From: Leptolyngbya sp. BL-A-14
GTDB lineage: Bacteria > Cyanobacteriota > Cyanobacteriia > Leptolyngbyales > Leptolyngbyaceae
Reading direction: 5' to 3'
NCBI GenBank assembly: GCA_041937185.1
Contig: CP166621.1
Span: 2,068,571-2,132,570 of the forward strand
Length of the DNA: 64,000 nucleotides
Below are positions 21,368 to 32,707 of this stretch, one piece after another. The notes beneath the pieces are model-generated. The model was not told the DNA's origin and searched no databases. It saw nothing but the letters and a program-made list of their open reading frames with translations. The translations under genes were made by a program, and so were the position numbers. Numbering within the stretch: the stretch's first letter is position 1; each line of letters opens with the position of its first letter.

Positions 21368-21995
21368 TAATTGACGGGTAGGTAAAGTCCGAGTTGTTGA
21401 TTAGGGTTAAATTTTCTGGGTCTTCGACCCGTCAAAATTTTCCTGACGGAACACTAGGACACTATTGTGAGTTAAGGAGTCAAGGGCTGAGAAGGCTATC
21501 AGCCAGTCTTTAAGCTGTCTACACAATTTCTAGTGGGACTATGTAGTTTCTATCTGACGAATGACACCCTTCATTCGATCAGCAACATCTGTGAGCGTAT
21601 TGGTCTCTCAGGGTCGTTAATGCCTACTTAAGCAAGCACAGTCACTAAAAGGCATCTGCGGATCTACAGAACCGCGCCACTATTTTGCCAGTGACTTTAG
21701 CTTTTCTTCAGCTTTTCTACGTAAAGTCTGAATCAGCGCTCAGTGTGTGATCGCTCAAAAGGCTGTCGAAACTACTTTTACTGCCTTTCTGCTGTGCCAA
21801 CAAAACGCGGGTTCAGTTTATCTTTGTTTACAGGAAGACCCAGACGTTTCTTTGAGCAACAGAAACTCCTCACATTAGATGCCCAGGTTAGCGGTTATTT
21901 GGGCTAGCAAACTCTACCCAGCGAAGGATTACAGTAGCACCAACGTCCCAAAAAGAATCTGAAATCCGGTAAGCTTTGTGGCACGGCAGGAGTGG

Positions 21996-22583
21996 TTACT
22001 GTTTTTGCACCAACACGCGATCGCCCTGCTTCAAACCAAGTTCTTGTGCTCGCCCAGCTCGTAATTCAATCACCTGATCCACCAAAGCATTGGGTCCATA
22101 AATGGGACAAGGATCCGCTTTACACGGTTGAACATTGCTGGCTATTCCCTGCACTTTACCTTTAAGCAAAAAGACCATGTCCAGCGGAATGAGCGTGTTT
22201 TTCATCCAGAAGGCAACTCGGCGCGGCGGATCAAACGGAAAGGCCATGCCTCGATCGTTGGCTAATTCTGTGCGATACATGAGCCCAATTTCTTGTTGCT
22301 CCGCAGTTTGTGCAACTTCAAGCTGAATTGTCTGATCCGCAACGCTAAAGCGGGCTGAGAGTGGCAGCATTTGACCAGAATTTGCGGCTGTTTGTGTGGT
22401 TGCTGACTGATTTATAGAGGGCATAGCGTTGGAAGTACCGCTACCATTGGGCGTTTCTGCAGGTACAGAGGAAGAACAACCCAGCAGAAGGCAGGTAAGC
22501 ATAATACTGGTGCCATGCTTTAATGCAGCCCAACAACCTGGTGCTACCCGGCGATCGCGTCCTTGTCTCATCATCCAACTCAA
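21996..22583 (-). CDS. DUF192-domain protein (secreted)
   Basis: GMAFPFDPPR...FWMKNTLIPLDMVFL motif. Confidence 0.65.
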   Translation of the reverse strand: MSWMMRQGRDRRVAPGCWAALKHGTSIMLTCLLLGCSSSVPAETPNGSGTSNAMPSINQSATTQTAANSGQMLPLSARFSVADQTIQLEVAQTAEQQEIGLMYRTELANDRGMAFPFDPPRRVAFWMKNTLIPLDMVFLLKGKVQGIASNVQPCKADPCPIYGPNALVDQVIELRAGRAQELGLKQGDRVLVQKQ

Positions 22584-22753
22584 TGGTCTACTCCTCTTAC
22601 CATAGGGTTAACTAAACGTTAGAGCAAAAGCTGGACTAAAGCACTCAATGTGCTGTGCTGCCTCGCTACTGCCCAAACGAACGCGCCTGCGTCTTCTCTT
22701 TAGTCTCCTAACACAGCAACTGAGTTCCTCACATCAGCGGCTCATTTGCCAAT

Positions 22754-23449
22754 TTAGGCTTCGCGCATGACATAGCCAACACCACGAACCGTTTGGATCA
22801 GACGCTTTTCGCCTTCGTCTTCAATTTTCAGCCGCAGGTAGCGAATATAGACTTCAATTACATTCGATTCGCCAACAAAGTCATATCCCCACACGTTCTC
22901 AAGGATTTGTTCTCGTGTCAGGACTTCGCGAGGATGCTCCATCAAGTATTTGAGTAGTTCAAATTCTTTCATCGTCAAATCGATCGCCCGTCCGTTTCGT
23001 AAAGCACGACGAGTTGAAAGATCTAAAATCAGGTCGCCAAAGCGTAAGCGTTCACTGGCGGGGTTATCTGGCTGGAGGTAAAGACGTACCAACTTGAGAA
23101 ATTCTTCAGTCCGGTAGGGCTTCAGGAAGTAATCATCTGCGCCAGCTTCCAGGCATGCAACCCGATCATCCACGCTATCCCGAGCCATCATGAGCAACAC
23201 TGGTACGCGGTTGCCAAGCGATCGCAAACGGTTGCAAAACCATAGCCCTGACTCGCCTACCAACATGCGATCGACCACAATCAGTGAAGGCTGTAACTCT
23301 GTGGCTTGACGCAGTCCAACAATAGCATCGGGTGCCATCACAATCTCATAGCCAGACTCTTTAAGGTCAAGGCTGACGTGGTTTGCCAGCGCTTCATCGG
23401 TTTCAACCAGCAGCACGCAAGGGGTTGAGTCAGGCAGAACGCTATTCAT
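22754..23449 (-). CDS. OmpR-family response regulator (receiver + winged helix)
   Basis: REC with conserved Asp (LIVVDRM) and Lys (FLKPY). C-terminal trans_reg_C (VWGYDF...VYIRYLRLKIE). Confidence 0.85.
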   Translation of the reverse strand: MNSVLPDSTPCVLLVETDEALANHVSLDLKESGYEIVMAPDAIVGLRQATELQPSLIVVDRMLVGESGLWFCNRLRSLGNRVPVLLMMARDSVDDRVACLEAGADDYFLKPYRTEEFLKLVRLYLQPDNPASERLRFGDLILDLSTRRALRNGRAIDLTMKEFELLKYLMEHPREVLTREQILENVWGYDFVGESNVIEVYIRYLRLKIEDEGEKRLIQTVRGVGYVMREA

Positions 23450-23650
23450 ACACAGTAAGAAGACAGGATCAATTGCGTTATCTCAATGGAAGGAGTCACT
23501 AGGAATGAATACTCAGCCACTTTCCTTACTGTTGTAGCACGTCAAACGCGTACTGGATAGCGTAGGTTCCGCCGCTAAAAGCGACAGCATTAGCTTCAAG
23601 TCTTGTAAACCAACCTATTACCGTGATTGAAAAGGCCGAAAGATTGAGGC

Positions 23651-24568
23651 TTAGGGTAGCTCAACAGATGACGGTTTTGCGACATGGGGCAGCCCCCAAC
23701 CCAGCTTTTCGCGCAGAAGGTGAAAAAATTCTGGCGATCGCAGCCGTATGAAGCGCGCCTGATAGGCCGATCGCTCAATTCGCACCCGATCTTCTGGGAA
23801 AACATAGCAACCACCATTGCCATCCACCACCATGACCATCCGATTCGGCGTTGCTGGAAAGATAGTCACTGGCTCTGTATCGGCAAATACCAGGGCACGT
23901 GATGCCAGCGAATGGGGACAGATCGGTACGAGTTGGAGGACAGGTACGCCAGGTGTAACCACAGGGCCACCCGCTGAAAGAGAATAGGCCGTTGAACCTG
24001 TTGGCGTTGACACAATTAAGCCATCAGCCGCAATATCAACAGGAGCATGATTGCCAATTTTGACCTCAAAGTGACACATGCTGGTCAAAGGCTCGCGGTG
24101 AATCACCATTTCGTTGAGGCAAAGCGCTTCCCACAACATCGCCTCGTCACGGTACACCTGCACCCGAAGCATCGCGCGCTCTTCAATTTCGTACTCGTCC
24201 GCGAGAATACCGTCCAATGCGTCGGGCAAATTGTTGAGATAGGTTTCTGTGAGAAACCCCATATGCCCTGTATTCACGGTTAGTAACGGAATACCATACG
24301 GCGCTACCTGCCGAAATGCAGACAGAACAGTGCCATCGCCACCCAGGACGATCGCAAAGGCCATGTCTCGATCGAATCCAGGCGCGTTCAGGTAATCGAT
24401 CGGCATGTGACACACCGGACCTTGCGGATCGGAATAGCCAAGAATGCCGCCAGCGCCAGTCGCTAGAAACACTTCCCAGCCATACGCAACGAGTTTGCCT
24501 TTTAATTCTTCGGCAGTCCGACAAGCCACAGGCTTGATGTCATTGTAAATAATGCCAGCTTTGGGCAC
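23651..24568 (-). CDS. nadK: NAD kinase
   Basis: GGDGT motif ([12 protein letters not shown]) and NAD kinase C-terminal fold motifs. Confidence 0.85.
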   Translation of the reverse strand: MPKAGIIYNDIKPVACRTAEELKGKLVAYGWEVFLATGAGGILGYSDPQGPVCHMPIDYLNAPGFDRDMAFAIVLGGDGTVLSAFRQVAPYGIPLLTVNTGHMGFLTETYLNNLPDALDGILADEYEIEERAMLRVQVYRDEAMLWEALCLNEMVIHREPLTSMCHFEVKIGNHAPVDIAADGLIVSTPTGSTAYSLSAGGPVVTPGVPVLQLVPICPHSLASRALVFADTEPVTIFPATPNRMVMVVDGNGGCYVFPEDRVRIERSAYQARFIRLRSPEFFHLLREKLGWGLPHVAKPSSVELP

Positions 24569-24642
24569 GGCGTAGACTCATCTGAAGGGGCAATGCTTGG
24601 GTATTAGGGACTATACCATTTCGAGCGGTCTACCTGGACACT

Positions 24643-25623
24643 CTAAAATCTGGGGTAGGCTCGCTTTTTATCCGTTTTCTTTTTGCCTTTAGATTTTTCA
24701 TAGTCAAGCTCCTTCAGCTTTTTGAGAATGCGGCTGAAGTAATCTTGTAAATAGGCTTCCAGAGTCGTCGTTTCATTCGGATCAAGCCCAAAGACCTTAT
24801 AGACGTCCTCCATAGGCGCAGTCAACGGTTTACCCGAAGACACTACTTCGGCAAACGCAAGTCGATCAGAAATATTCCACGTCCACTGAAAGAACCGGGT
24901 CAGACGACGCACCGTTCGCATCAGGCCGATCGGCATGCGTGTAGTCTTCGCTTCACGGCCAGAGAGTCGCTCACATAAGCGAATAATTTCGTAAGCGCCC
25001 CAGGCGCGCGACCCGACAACGGGAAACGTTTTGTTCTCAGTTTCTGCCACCGTTAGCGCCCGTACTGCAAACTTAGCCACATCCTGCGTATCCATATAGG
25101 CGGTTGGCGACGTATCACCCATCACCCAGACGGACTGTCCTTCTAGAACAGGAATGGCGTATTGCCCAATCAGTCCCTGCATAAAGCCGCAAAGGCGCAG
25201 AATAGTGTAATTCAGCCCCGACTCAGCCAGAAACAGCTCCGCGCAGCGCTTGACTTCCATTAGCGGCACATCGGGATATTTTTCGGCATCCAGAATCGAG
25301 AAGAAAATGAAGCGTTTGACGTTTGCCGCTTTTGCCGCCTGAATGAGATTGACATTCCCCTGCCAGTCAACCTGCTTGACGTTGAGCGAATCTGTTGCCC
25401 GCGTCGTTGCGGCATCAATCACAGCATCAACATCCTTGAATGCGGGTGGCAAAGTTTCTGGCACACACAAATCACCCTGTACCAGTTCTGCACCCCACTC
25501 TTTTAAGAAACCTGCCTTTTTAACGCTGCGAACCAAACAGCGAACCTGGTGTCCCTCATCTAATGCTCGGCGGGTTACTTGTCTTCCTAAAGTGCCGGTG
25601 GCACCCACAATTAATAAATTCAT
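24643..25623 (-). CDS. ycf39: NmrA-like NAD(P)-binding protein, Ycf39 homolog
   Basis: Rossmann GATGTLG N-terminus. Length and composition typical of cyanobacterial Ycf39. Confidence 0.75.
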   Translation of the reverse strand: MNLLIVGATGTLGRQVTRRALDEGHQVRCLVRSVKKAGFLKEWGAELVQGDLCVPETLPPAFKDVDAVIDAATTRATDSLNVKQVDWQGNVNLIQAAKAANVKRFIFFSILDAEKYPDVPLMEVKRCAELFLAESGLNYTILRLCGFMQGLIGQYAIPVLEGQSVWVMGDTSPTAYMDTQDVAKFAVRALTVAETENKTFPVVGSRAWGAYEIIRLCERLSGREAKTTRMPIGLMRTVRRLTRFFQWTWNISDRLAFAEVVSSGKPLTAPMEDVYKVFGLDPNETTTLEAYLQDYFSRILKKLKELDYEKSKGKKKTDKKRAYPRF

Positions 25624-26061
25624 GAGGGAGTCGCAGCTAATTCTTAACTTTTTATAAGATTTTATCAGAAATTGTTGCGCTGTCTGCCTGAGTTAAGGAG
25701 AGACAATCACATCGTACAATTGCCTGACTTGGTTGACTTTAACTTACTTCATAGCCGTCTTACAACGTCGATCGTGCGGAGGTCCTTAACTGAGAGGCCG
25801 CAATGAAAGTTGCACAAGATCAAAACGTTCGTGAATTTTCTCTCGGCATGAGGCCTCAAAACAGGGTTAATTTGGCGGCAGCGCAGCCATAAATCCATAA
25901 GGCTAGCTTCCTGTCGAAAGGTTTCGATCTCAGGGATTGAGACGACTAAAAAGCCCCTCACTCCTATCAAAGGAATTGGGGGAAGCCCGGCCAACTGCAA
26001 GCGCTTTGCGCTTACGGCAGTAAGCTGCAAGTGTGTGAACCGTTAACCACCACCGACACCA

Positions 26062-26775
26062 TCAAAAGGTCTGCGGCTTTGAGTCGTCTGAAAACAAGCC
26101 CAGTAAAGGACCTAAAATTGCGCCAAAGACAAAGCCTCCTGCATGGGCCCAGTAAGCAACGCCGCCGCTTTCCATGCCAATGTTCATAGGGGCCTCTAAA
26201 CTGGCCAACCCATAGAGTGCTTGCTGTAAAAACCAGAAGCCAAGAAAAGCAAAGGCGGGTACCCGGAATGTCCAGAAGAAAAACCCAAGCGGAATTAACG
26301 TCAACACTTGAGCTTTGGGAAAGCGCAAAATGTAGGCTCCCATCACTCCCGCGATCGCACCACTGGCTCCTAAAGACGGAATGGCTGACCCAGATGAGAA
26401 AAACCATTGCGTGAGTGCTGCAAGTGCGCCACAGACGAGGTAAAAAATCAGATAACGGACATGACCTAAACGATCCTCGACATTATTGCCAAAAATCCAA
26501 AGGAACAGCATATTGCCAGCAACGTGCAAAAAGCCACCGTGCAGAAATTGAGACGTAAAAAGAGTAATCCACTCTGGCAATGCCTGGGCAGGAAGCTGAC
26601 CAGAAAAGCTGGCGGTTAATTCTCTGGGCACAACAGCCCATATGCGAAAAAATTGCTCAAGCTGAGGGGGAGACAGACTCAGCTCATAGAAGAACACAAG
26701 AATATTCGCAGCGATTAACGCATAAGTAACGATTGGAGTTATGCGCGTAGGATTATCATCACGAAGAGGAACCAC
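26062..26775 (-). CDS. Rhomboid-family intramembrane serine protease
   Basis: GASGAIAG (GxSG) and catalytic His in AHAGGF. Multi-TM. Confidence 0.8.
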   Translation of the reverse strand: MVPLRDDNPTRITPIVTYALIAANILVFFYELSLSPPQLEQFFRIWAVVPRELTASFSGQLPAQALPEWITLFTSQFLHGGFLHVAGNMLFLWIFGNNVEDRLGHVRYLIFYLVCGALAALTQWFFSSGSAIPSLGASGAIAGVMGAYILRFPKAQVLTLIPLGFFFWTFRVPAFAFLGFWFLQQALYGLASLEAPMNIGMESGGVAYWAHAGGFVFGAILGPLLGLFSDDSKPQTF

Positions 26776-26873
26776 TGATTTTTCCTTCTTTGTAGCTAGC
26801 TAGAAGCGAGGATACTACACTTCACCTTGAATCATTGCTGATCCAACGGTAGATTCCTAACAATGCGAACAAC

Positions 26874-27204
26874 TTACCAACCCTTCTCGGCTTGCTCCAA
26901 CACGTAGGTTGCGACATCTTCAATCTGCATGGCGTTGAGCCGTCCGCGAAAAGAGGGCATAGCGTTTTTGCCGTTCGTCACCTGCGTTTTAATCGCATCA
27001 AGCGATGCCATACCGTATTTTTCCAACGCTTCTTTCTTTAAAGTCTTCTTAGCTAGAATTACGTTATTGCCGCCTGTATGACAAGCAGCACAGGTTGCAT
27101 TAAAAAGCTTTGCACCATTGGCAGCATTTGCCGCCTGAGCAGGAGAGCCTGCCAGACTCATTAGGAGTACGATCGCGATCAGCGCGAGCGATAGTCTCTT
27201 CAAA
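26874..27204 (-). CDS. petJ: Cytochrome c6
   Basis: CAACH heme motif. Start set at the TTG at 27204, which has a GAGGAA SD 6 nt upstream. The longer ORF to 27299 is probably over-extended. Confidence 0.8.
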
Positions 27205-27447
27205 CAGGTTTCCTCTACGTTATGTAAGGTTGTAAAGAACTCACGCAAAAAATATTTTAACGTTGTTGCGCTATGTTGCAATGTAGCGGTACAACGCATT
27301 TAGAAAAGCGTCTACAATCGGGCTTCAAAGTACTTAGCTTTGCAGCAATGATGCCAAAGCAACCTTAATCGATGCGGGCAATCCGTTTAGACACGAAAAT
27401 GGAACTACCGTCACCAGTCTACCTGTAGTTCCATTTCGCTCTCGTAA

Positions 27448-27867
27448 TTAGCCTGCAACCGTAATTTTGCCGACCATACCAGCACCTCGGTGAGGTGCAC
27501 AGAAGTAAGAGTATTCACCAGCAGCCAAATCTTTGGGAATTGTCAACTCGTAGCCTGCGCCAGGAGTCATTTCAAGCTGAGGGTGAGAAAGGGATTTCGC
27601 CAGAGCTTTGTCATTACCAGGAATTGCTTTGTCGTCGAAAATCACGTTATGGGGAGGAACTTTGTTGACCACCCACTTGACAGTATCACCAGGCTTGACC
27701 GTCACATTGGCGGGTTGGAAAACCAGAAGACCATTGTCAGCACCCATTTTAACCGTGTAGGTTTCGGCTGCCGCTGGAGCGACAGACACGAAGAAGCTAC
27801 CAACAACAAGTAAAGCAGCCATCAATGTGAGGCAGAGGCTTTTCGTAACAGAATTGATTGATTTCAT
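27448..27867 (-). CDS. petE: Plastocyanin
   Basis: Signal peptide. Copper ligands (PHNVIFD...[13 protein letters not shown]). Confidence 0.9.
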   Translation of the reverse strand: MKSINSVTKSLCLTLMAALLVVGSFFVSVAPAAAETYTVKMGADNGLLVFQPANVTVKPGDTVKWVVNKVPPHNVIFDDKAIPGNDKALAKSLSHPQLEMTPGAGYELTIPKDLAAGEYSYFCAPHRGAGMVGKITVAG

Positions 27868-27993
27868 AGCTCTCTTAGGGATTTAAAGCGCACATAACAC
27901 CTTATAGATCTTAAACCAAATCTACGACAGCGCGTCGAAGAAACCAAATGGTTATGCTGTACGAACGACAAAATGTTGGCAAAGCCGCGAAAC

Positions 27994-28509
27994 CTACTGT
28001 TCTCGAAACTCTGCGCCGCCCCAACCGGGTGCTTTCTGGGCTGCTCTCAACACAAAACCAGCCAGACTTTCAACTTGGGCTTGCGACAACCAGCTTTCAG
28101 GCACCTGACGACACCAAAAGGTGTCTTCCTGACCGTCATGGGTCATGGGTTGTCGAAGATAAGCTACCAGGCTGCTGACGGTATCCCGCCGAGGCACGGC
28201 GCTCTGCAGATCTGCCAACGATAGCGAGACGGTTGGATCTGGCAACGTGGCCCCGCCAACATGGCAATTAAGGCAGTTACGCTCAAAAAGCTGTTTGCCC
28301 GCTGCCAATTCGTCTGCCGCAAACAGGCGGGTCTCACCCTGCTCATTCACGACTAAAGGGACTGGATCAGTAACACGTAAGTAGCGTGTCACGTATGCAT
28401 CAGCCGCAAACGCAGGTGTGGCAATCGCAAGCGGCAAACAAACCAAAACCGCGAAGAAGAACCCACGAATCCAGAAAACGCAGTGCTGCATGTGTAATGG
28501 CTTCCTCAA
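27994..28509 (-). CDS. psbV2: Cytochrome c550-like protein (PsbV2-type)
   Basis: CLNCH heme motif. Paralog of the adjacent psbV. Signal peptide. Confidence 0.7.
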   Translation of the reverse strand: MRKPLHMQHCVFWIRGFFFAVLVCLPLAIATPAFAADAYVTRYLRVTDPVPLVVNEQGETRLFAADELAAGKQLFERNCLNCHVGGATLPDPTVSLSLADLQSAVPRRDTVSSLVAYLRQPMTHDGQEDTFWCRQVPESWLSQAQVESLAGFVLRAAQKAPGWGGAEFREQ

Positions 28510-28523
28510 ACTTAAAAAAGACC

Positions 28524-28595
28524 TGTGCGATCAGATTGTAGACTTTTGTTAAGCTTACCGTCTGATGTCACAGGTCTTTTAAGAAAGGTGCAGAG
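28524..28595 (-). terminator. Long imperfect hairpin with T-run downstream of psbV
   Basis: aaaagacctgtg...cacaggtctttt inverted repeat. On the minus strand it is followed by TTTTTT. Confidence 0.5.
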
Positions 28596-28633
28596 GGGTA
28601 ATCTGCACCATCGCGTTGAAGGCACAGCCGCGC

Positions 28634-29125
28634 TTAATAGTAAATCTTGCCACCGCCCCACTTATCGCCAACAACTTTAGGTTGGAGCAGAATGTGCCCT
28701 GCGATCGCAACCAGGTCATCCTCCGTCAAGTTGCGCATTTCAGGGAAGTTATCCTTACTCTTCAGGCTAGGATGCACTTCTGCAATGGACTGTGCCCCAT
28801 CATAAGTTGTAGGGTCTTTCATGTAATCCACCAAAGCATCGACGTTGTTGCGAGGGGGTGTTGCCAAAGACAACGACTCCGGATCAAGTCCAACGTTTGG
28901 ATCGGTCTTTGTAACACCGCCAGCGTGGCACTGGGCGCACGCATACTGAAACAACCGTTTGCCTTCCTTGACTTGCTTAAGGCTCAGTTCAAGCGTTCCA
29001 CCTTTAGCATCGAGTGGAATCGTGCGCGTCGCAGCATCTAGCTCAGCCGCAGAAACGCTGCTGACAAACAGCTGAAAAGTGAAGAATACAGTGGCTACAA
29101 CAAGCCAGATGTACCTTTTAAGCAT
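28634..29125 (-). CDS. psbV: Cytochrome c550 of photosystem II
   Basis: CAQCH heme motif. C-terminal WGGGKIYY typical of PsbV. Confidence 0.85.
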   Translation of the reverse strand: MLKRYIWLVVATVFFTFQLFVSSVSAAELDAATRTIPLDAKGGTLELSLKQVKEGKRLFQYACAQCHAGGVTKTDPNVGLDPESLSLATPPRNNVDALVDYMKDPTTYDGAQSIAEVHPSLKSKDNFPEMRNLTEDDLVAIAGHILLQPKVVGDKWGGGKIYY

Positions 29126-29507
29126 GGTTCTCCTTACTGTGGCTCAGGTATTTGGTTTATTAAGACACCGGACTCAGTCAACTGCACCTGGGGATGCCTG
29201 AGAGCATGCTTAAACGCAGCATTCTCGGTAAAGTCCAGTTGTGTTCAACGCACAAGCGTCAGGGCATGGAAATGATGACTTTACAGCCGCCAAAGCTAGA
29301 CGAGTCTGGAGTTTAAAATGAATTCCTTTTAGATTGTACAGGTGAAGCGTACCGTCTATTGAACGGTCAAAGTTCTTCACACGTATGGAAGTGACGGCAC
29401 GGAGTTGCGTGAGCAAAATTGGCTACACCACTATTGAGGCCGTTCCCTTAATACCGTTCTCTAAGAACGTCAAGTAACGACCACCGCACAACTAGCAACT
29501 GCTAGTC

Positions 29508-30437
29508 TTAGACTTCTGGCGTTGTGACCTGAAGTGGGCGAACACCTGTCAAGTGAACAGGTAAATGGGTGGGTGCTGCTGAGGGCTGATGGAGACGGAT
29601 CAGTTGAGCCAGGGTTTTCTTAAGCTGAGTCCGGGGCACGATCGCGTCTACAAAGCCGTGTTCCAACAAATATTCTGCTGTTTGAAAATCATCGGGTAGC
29701 TTTTCGCGTAGCGTTTGCTCAACGACTCTCCGTCCTGCAAAGCCGATCGTGGCCTTCGGTTCTGCCAGGATAATGTCGCCCAACATGGCAAAACTAGCCG
29801 TGACGCCACCGGTGGTGGGATGGGTCAGTACCGGAAGGTACAGTAGCCGAGCCGCTCGATGCCGCTCCAACGCGCCCGAAATTTTTGCCATTTGCATCAG
29901 GCTCAGCATGCCTTCTTGCATACGAGCGCCACCAGAGGCACAAATAATAATCACAGGAAGCCGTTCACGAGTGGCACGCTCAATGAGTCGGGTCAACTTC
30001 TCGCCCACCACTGACCCCATACTGCCGCCCATAAAGCGAAAGTCCATCACACCCAGTGCAACAGGCAGTTCCTCAAGCTGACCCAACCCAGTTTGCACAG
30101 CGTCTAGAAGTTTCAACTTGTCCTGAGTTTCACGCAATCGATCGCTGTAGGGTTTGCGATCACGAAACTTAAGTGGGTCAGTCGCATAGAGCCCTTCATC
30201 CAGTGCAATCCAGGTGTTGGAATCAATGAGTTGGCGAATGCGTTCGTCGCTATAAACCCGAATGTGATGGTTACACTCCAGGCAAACCATCTGATTTGTG
30301 CGCAGGTCTTTCGTGTAGGTGAGCACGCCACAGGCTTCACACTTTGCCCAAAGCCCGTCCGCAATCTCCCGTTCCTGCCGATCTTTGCTGATGGGACCAG
30401 CTTTTTGCCGATTGGCAAACCAATCAAATAACGACAT
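29508..30437 (-). CDS. accD: Acetyl-CoA carboxylase carboxyltransferase beta subunit
   Basis: Zn-ribbon CEACGVL...CLECNHH and carboxyltransferase core. Confidence 0.9.
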   Translation of the reverse strand: MSLFDWFANRQKAGPISKDRQEREIADGLWAKCEACGVLTYTKDLRTNQMVCLECNHHIRVYSDERIRQLIDSNTWIALDEGLYATDPLKFRDRKPYSDRLRETQDKLKLLDAVQTGLGQLEELPVALGVMDFRFMGGSMGSVVGEKLTRLIERATRERLPVIIICASGGARMQEGMLSLMQMAKISGALERHRAARLLYLPVLTHPTTGGVTASFAMLGDIILAEPKATIGFAGRRVVEQTLREKLPDDFQTAEYLLEHGFVDAIVPRTQLKKTLAQLIRLHQPSAAPTHLPVHLTGVRPLQVTTPEV

Positions 30438-30626
30438 GGGCGCGGTAGTTCCTTACTAACTTGCTACCTGTCCATCCCTCAGCCAGAACTTTAAGCGTGC
30501 GATCAGAAGTCGAACAGATAGCCTAACTTTGCTAAATCTACTAATCTTGCAAACTCTAAATTTTGCGAACTCTAAATATATCAGACAGCGGTCAGCATTT
30601 TTTAGTTGCCGACTGATCATAGCAGG

Positions 30627-30839
30627 TTACTTGAGTCCTTCTATTTCCCCATCTAGAGCTTCGAGTAAGAGGATGGCTGCCTGCTCATCTTCGACACGAA
30701 CCTGGAGCGCCGCAGAACTACCTTGCCCCATGTAAGGACCGATACCTCGATCAATCATACGAGCGGATATGCCGTGCGCAATCAGAACTTGCTGCAAGAG
30801 CTCTGCTTCCCATCGAAAGCGAGTCGTTCTGACTGTCAT
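30627..30839 (-). CDS. Small DUF2007-like (PII-fold-like) protein
   Basis: 70-aa ORF from the ATG at 30839. The longer upstream extension looks spurious. Confidence 0.4.
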   Translation of the reverse strand: MTVRTTRFRWEAELLQQVLIAHGISARMIDRGIGPYMGQGSSAALQVRVEDEQAAILLLEALDGEIEGLK

Positions 30840-31029
30840 CCAAATCTCTGTATTGCCTTGATCTGCACCGCCTCTGGCCCCTAAAAAGCCCCACTCCTCA
30901 AGCAATTGAGTAGCCAATGACACAATACGTACCATACCAGTATGAAGGATACCTAGTGTATTCAATAGCACGACGTTAATTTCCGCAAAACCTGGGAACT
31001 CTAAAGCGAGACCAAGGTTAGTAATTGAC

Positions 31030-32088
31030 ATGGACAGCATCAGAATTTCAGGATTAGTGGGTTCCTCTGAATACGATGCGATCGCAGACGATTCGCTCAA
31101 AGACGAAGATAATGCGGCGTGGGTAATGGAATTGGAACCTTGTGTCCGTGACGAGTGGATCGAGCGCATCGGTTGGATTCGCCTGATTGATCGGTTGGCT
31201 GAAAATGAGCTAGTGGATTCTGGCAGTGCTGAATTTCGCAAGTTTTACTCCGGTTGGAAGTGGCTCTTACTTTGGGGACAAGTGAAGCCTGGATGCGCCT
31301 ACCAGGATGTTTTAACCCGGATTAGCGCCCGCTGGTTTGGAGCCTCCTCCACTCCCGTCGATCGACTCTCGCTCTGGTCTTGGAATCGTTACATGAAGGC
31401 AATCTCGCGTTATCACGGCCATAATCTCATTGTGGATACGCTAGCGCAGTACGAAACCATGCTGAAAGACCTGGGTGGGGCTTACTTCCAGGTACTTCCA
31501 TTTTTAGCGCAAGAATACTGGCAGGGTGCGTGCTATTTAGGGGCGTTAGACCAGTTTTTTAACAACTTGCGTGACATCCAAGAAGATGCCCAGCGTGGTA
31601 TATGCTACATACCCACCGATATTCTTATCCGCTTTGGGGTAACGCGCGAAGAAATCATTCAGCAGACGGCCTGCCAAAACCCAGGCTACCCCAAAATGAT
31701 GCAGTTCTTGCTCGATAGCTACCTGACTGAATTGCGACAAAAAGTTCAACCCCTAATCATGGCAGAGGATTTGCATCCCTCATGGACAATCCTACGCAAT
31801 TGGTCTGTGCATCGTTACAACCGCATTGAACGCATCTTCCGCGAATGCAATTTTGACTATACCCGGTTTCCCCAGCATTACTGGGCTGAAGTCCAACAAG
31901 ATTTGCCGGTACTAATCGCCCAGGTGCGTCAGCAGCAACGCATCACTACTTCTAAAGCCGCAAAGGGCTTTCTCCGTCACAATGCTGTGACGCTACCTTC
32001 CATCCTGAAAACGATTCTACATACGGTCACACACACCGTTTCTAAAGCGTTTAGTCGTCCTTCGTTCTCTGGACAAGAATCAAGCTAG
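31030..32088 (+). CDS. Squalene/phytoene synthase family protein
   Basis: Two Asp-rich isoprenoid-synthase motifs (IDRLAENELVD; LRDIQEDAQRGICYIP). Confidence 0.65.
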   Translation: MDSIRISGLVGSSEYDAIADDSLKDEDNAAWVMELEPCVRDEWIERIGWIRLIDRLAENELVDSGSAEFRKFYSGWKWLLLWGQVKPGCAYQDVLTRISARWFGASSTPVDRLSLWSWNRYMKAISRYHGHNLIVDTLAQYETMLKDLGGAYFQVLPFLAQEYWQGACYLGALDQFFNNLRDIQEDAQRGICYIPTDILIRFGVTREEIIQQTACQNPGYPKMMQFLLDSYLTELRQKVQPLIMAEDLHPSWTILRNWSVHRYNRIERIFRECNFDYTRFPQHYWAEVQQDLPVLIAQVRQQQRITTSKAAKGFLRHNAVTLPSILKTILHTVTHTVSKAFSRPSFSGQESS

Positions 32089-32130
32089 GGTGTTTTAACG
32101 GTCGACTGCCTGCGACCTCCGAAAACTTTA

Positions 32131-32607
32131 GTGCTGTGGGAAGAATGGTGCATGAAGCAATCTCTAACCCAATTGCTAGGACGTGCGGTGGCGATCGCAG
32201 CAACCGCCCATCAAAACCAGGTGGATAAAGCCAACGCGCCCTACATTCTGCACCCACTGAGACTCATGCTGCGAGGGCAAACACCCTTAGAGCAAATTGT
32301 GGCCGTGCTGCATGACGTAGTGGAAGACTCTGACTGGACATTAGAGCGGTTGGCCGCAGAAGGCTTTCCCCCGGAGGCGATTGCCGCTTTAGATTGCTTG
32401 ACGCGACGAAACAACGAGAGCTACGACGAATTTATCGATCGTGTGCTGACCAATTCCCTGGCAACGCGAGTGAAGCGCTATGACCTCGAAGACAATATGA
32501 CGCTCACTCGTATGACCACCCTTACACCGAAAGATGTCGAGCGGCTGCAGCGTTATCATGCGGTGTATCAGCGACTCTTAAAGGCAATAGAAGCTGAAAC
32601 TACATAG
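32131..32607 (+). CDS. Small HD-domain protein (RelA/SpoT-type hydrolase-like HD)
   Basis: AHQNQ...HPLRL...LHDVVED HD motif arrangement. Confidence 0.55.
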   Translation: MLWEEWCMKQSLTQLLGRAVAIAATAHQNQVDKANAPYILHPLRLMLRGQTPLEQIVAVLHDVVEDSDWTLERLAAEGFPPEAIAALDCLTRRNNESYDEFIDRVLTNSLATRVKRYDLEDNMTLTRMTTLTPKDVERLQRYHAVYQRLLKAIEAETT

Positions 32608-32707
32608 GTATTGGTTCAAGTACTGATCAAACTAGGAGTCTGCAATCAACTCCTGATTCTTGACTCCTTGAGCTTATCAATGCATTTGCGGCTGACACTT
32701 TTGCGGC

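Noticed and set aside
21400-21990. Possible RNase P RNA, tmRNA or 6S RNA in the 600-bp ORF-free gap
   Set aside because: I could not find the conserved P4/GNRA RNase P motifs or tmRNA termini by eye. Only the weak Yfr1-like motif was kept as a low-confidence finding.
25749-26407. ORFs 25749-26030 and 26012-26407 on the minus strand
   Set aside because: They overlap or abut the rhomboid gene out of frame and have no motif or RBS. The 25630-26060 region is more likely a UTR or intergenic.
30840-31241. Upstream extension of the minus-strand ORF to 31241 (204 aa)
   Set aside because: The Ser-rich low-complexity N-terminal part overlaps the start of the squalene-synthase-like gene. Only the C-terminal 70 aa look protein-like.
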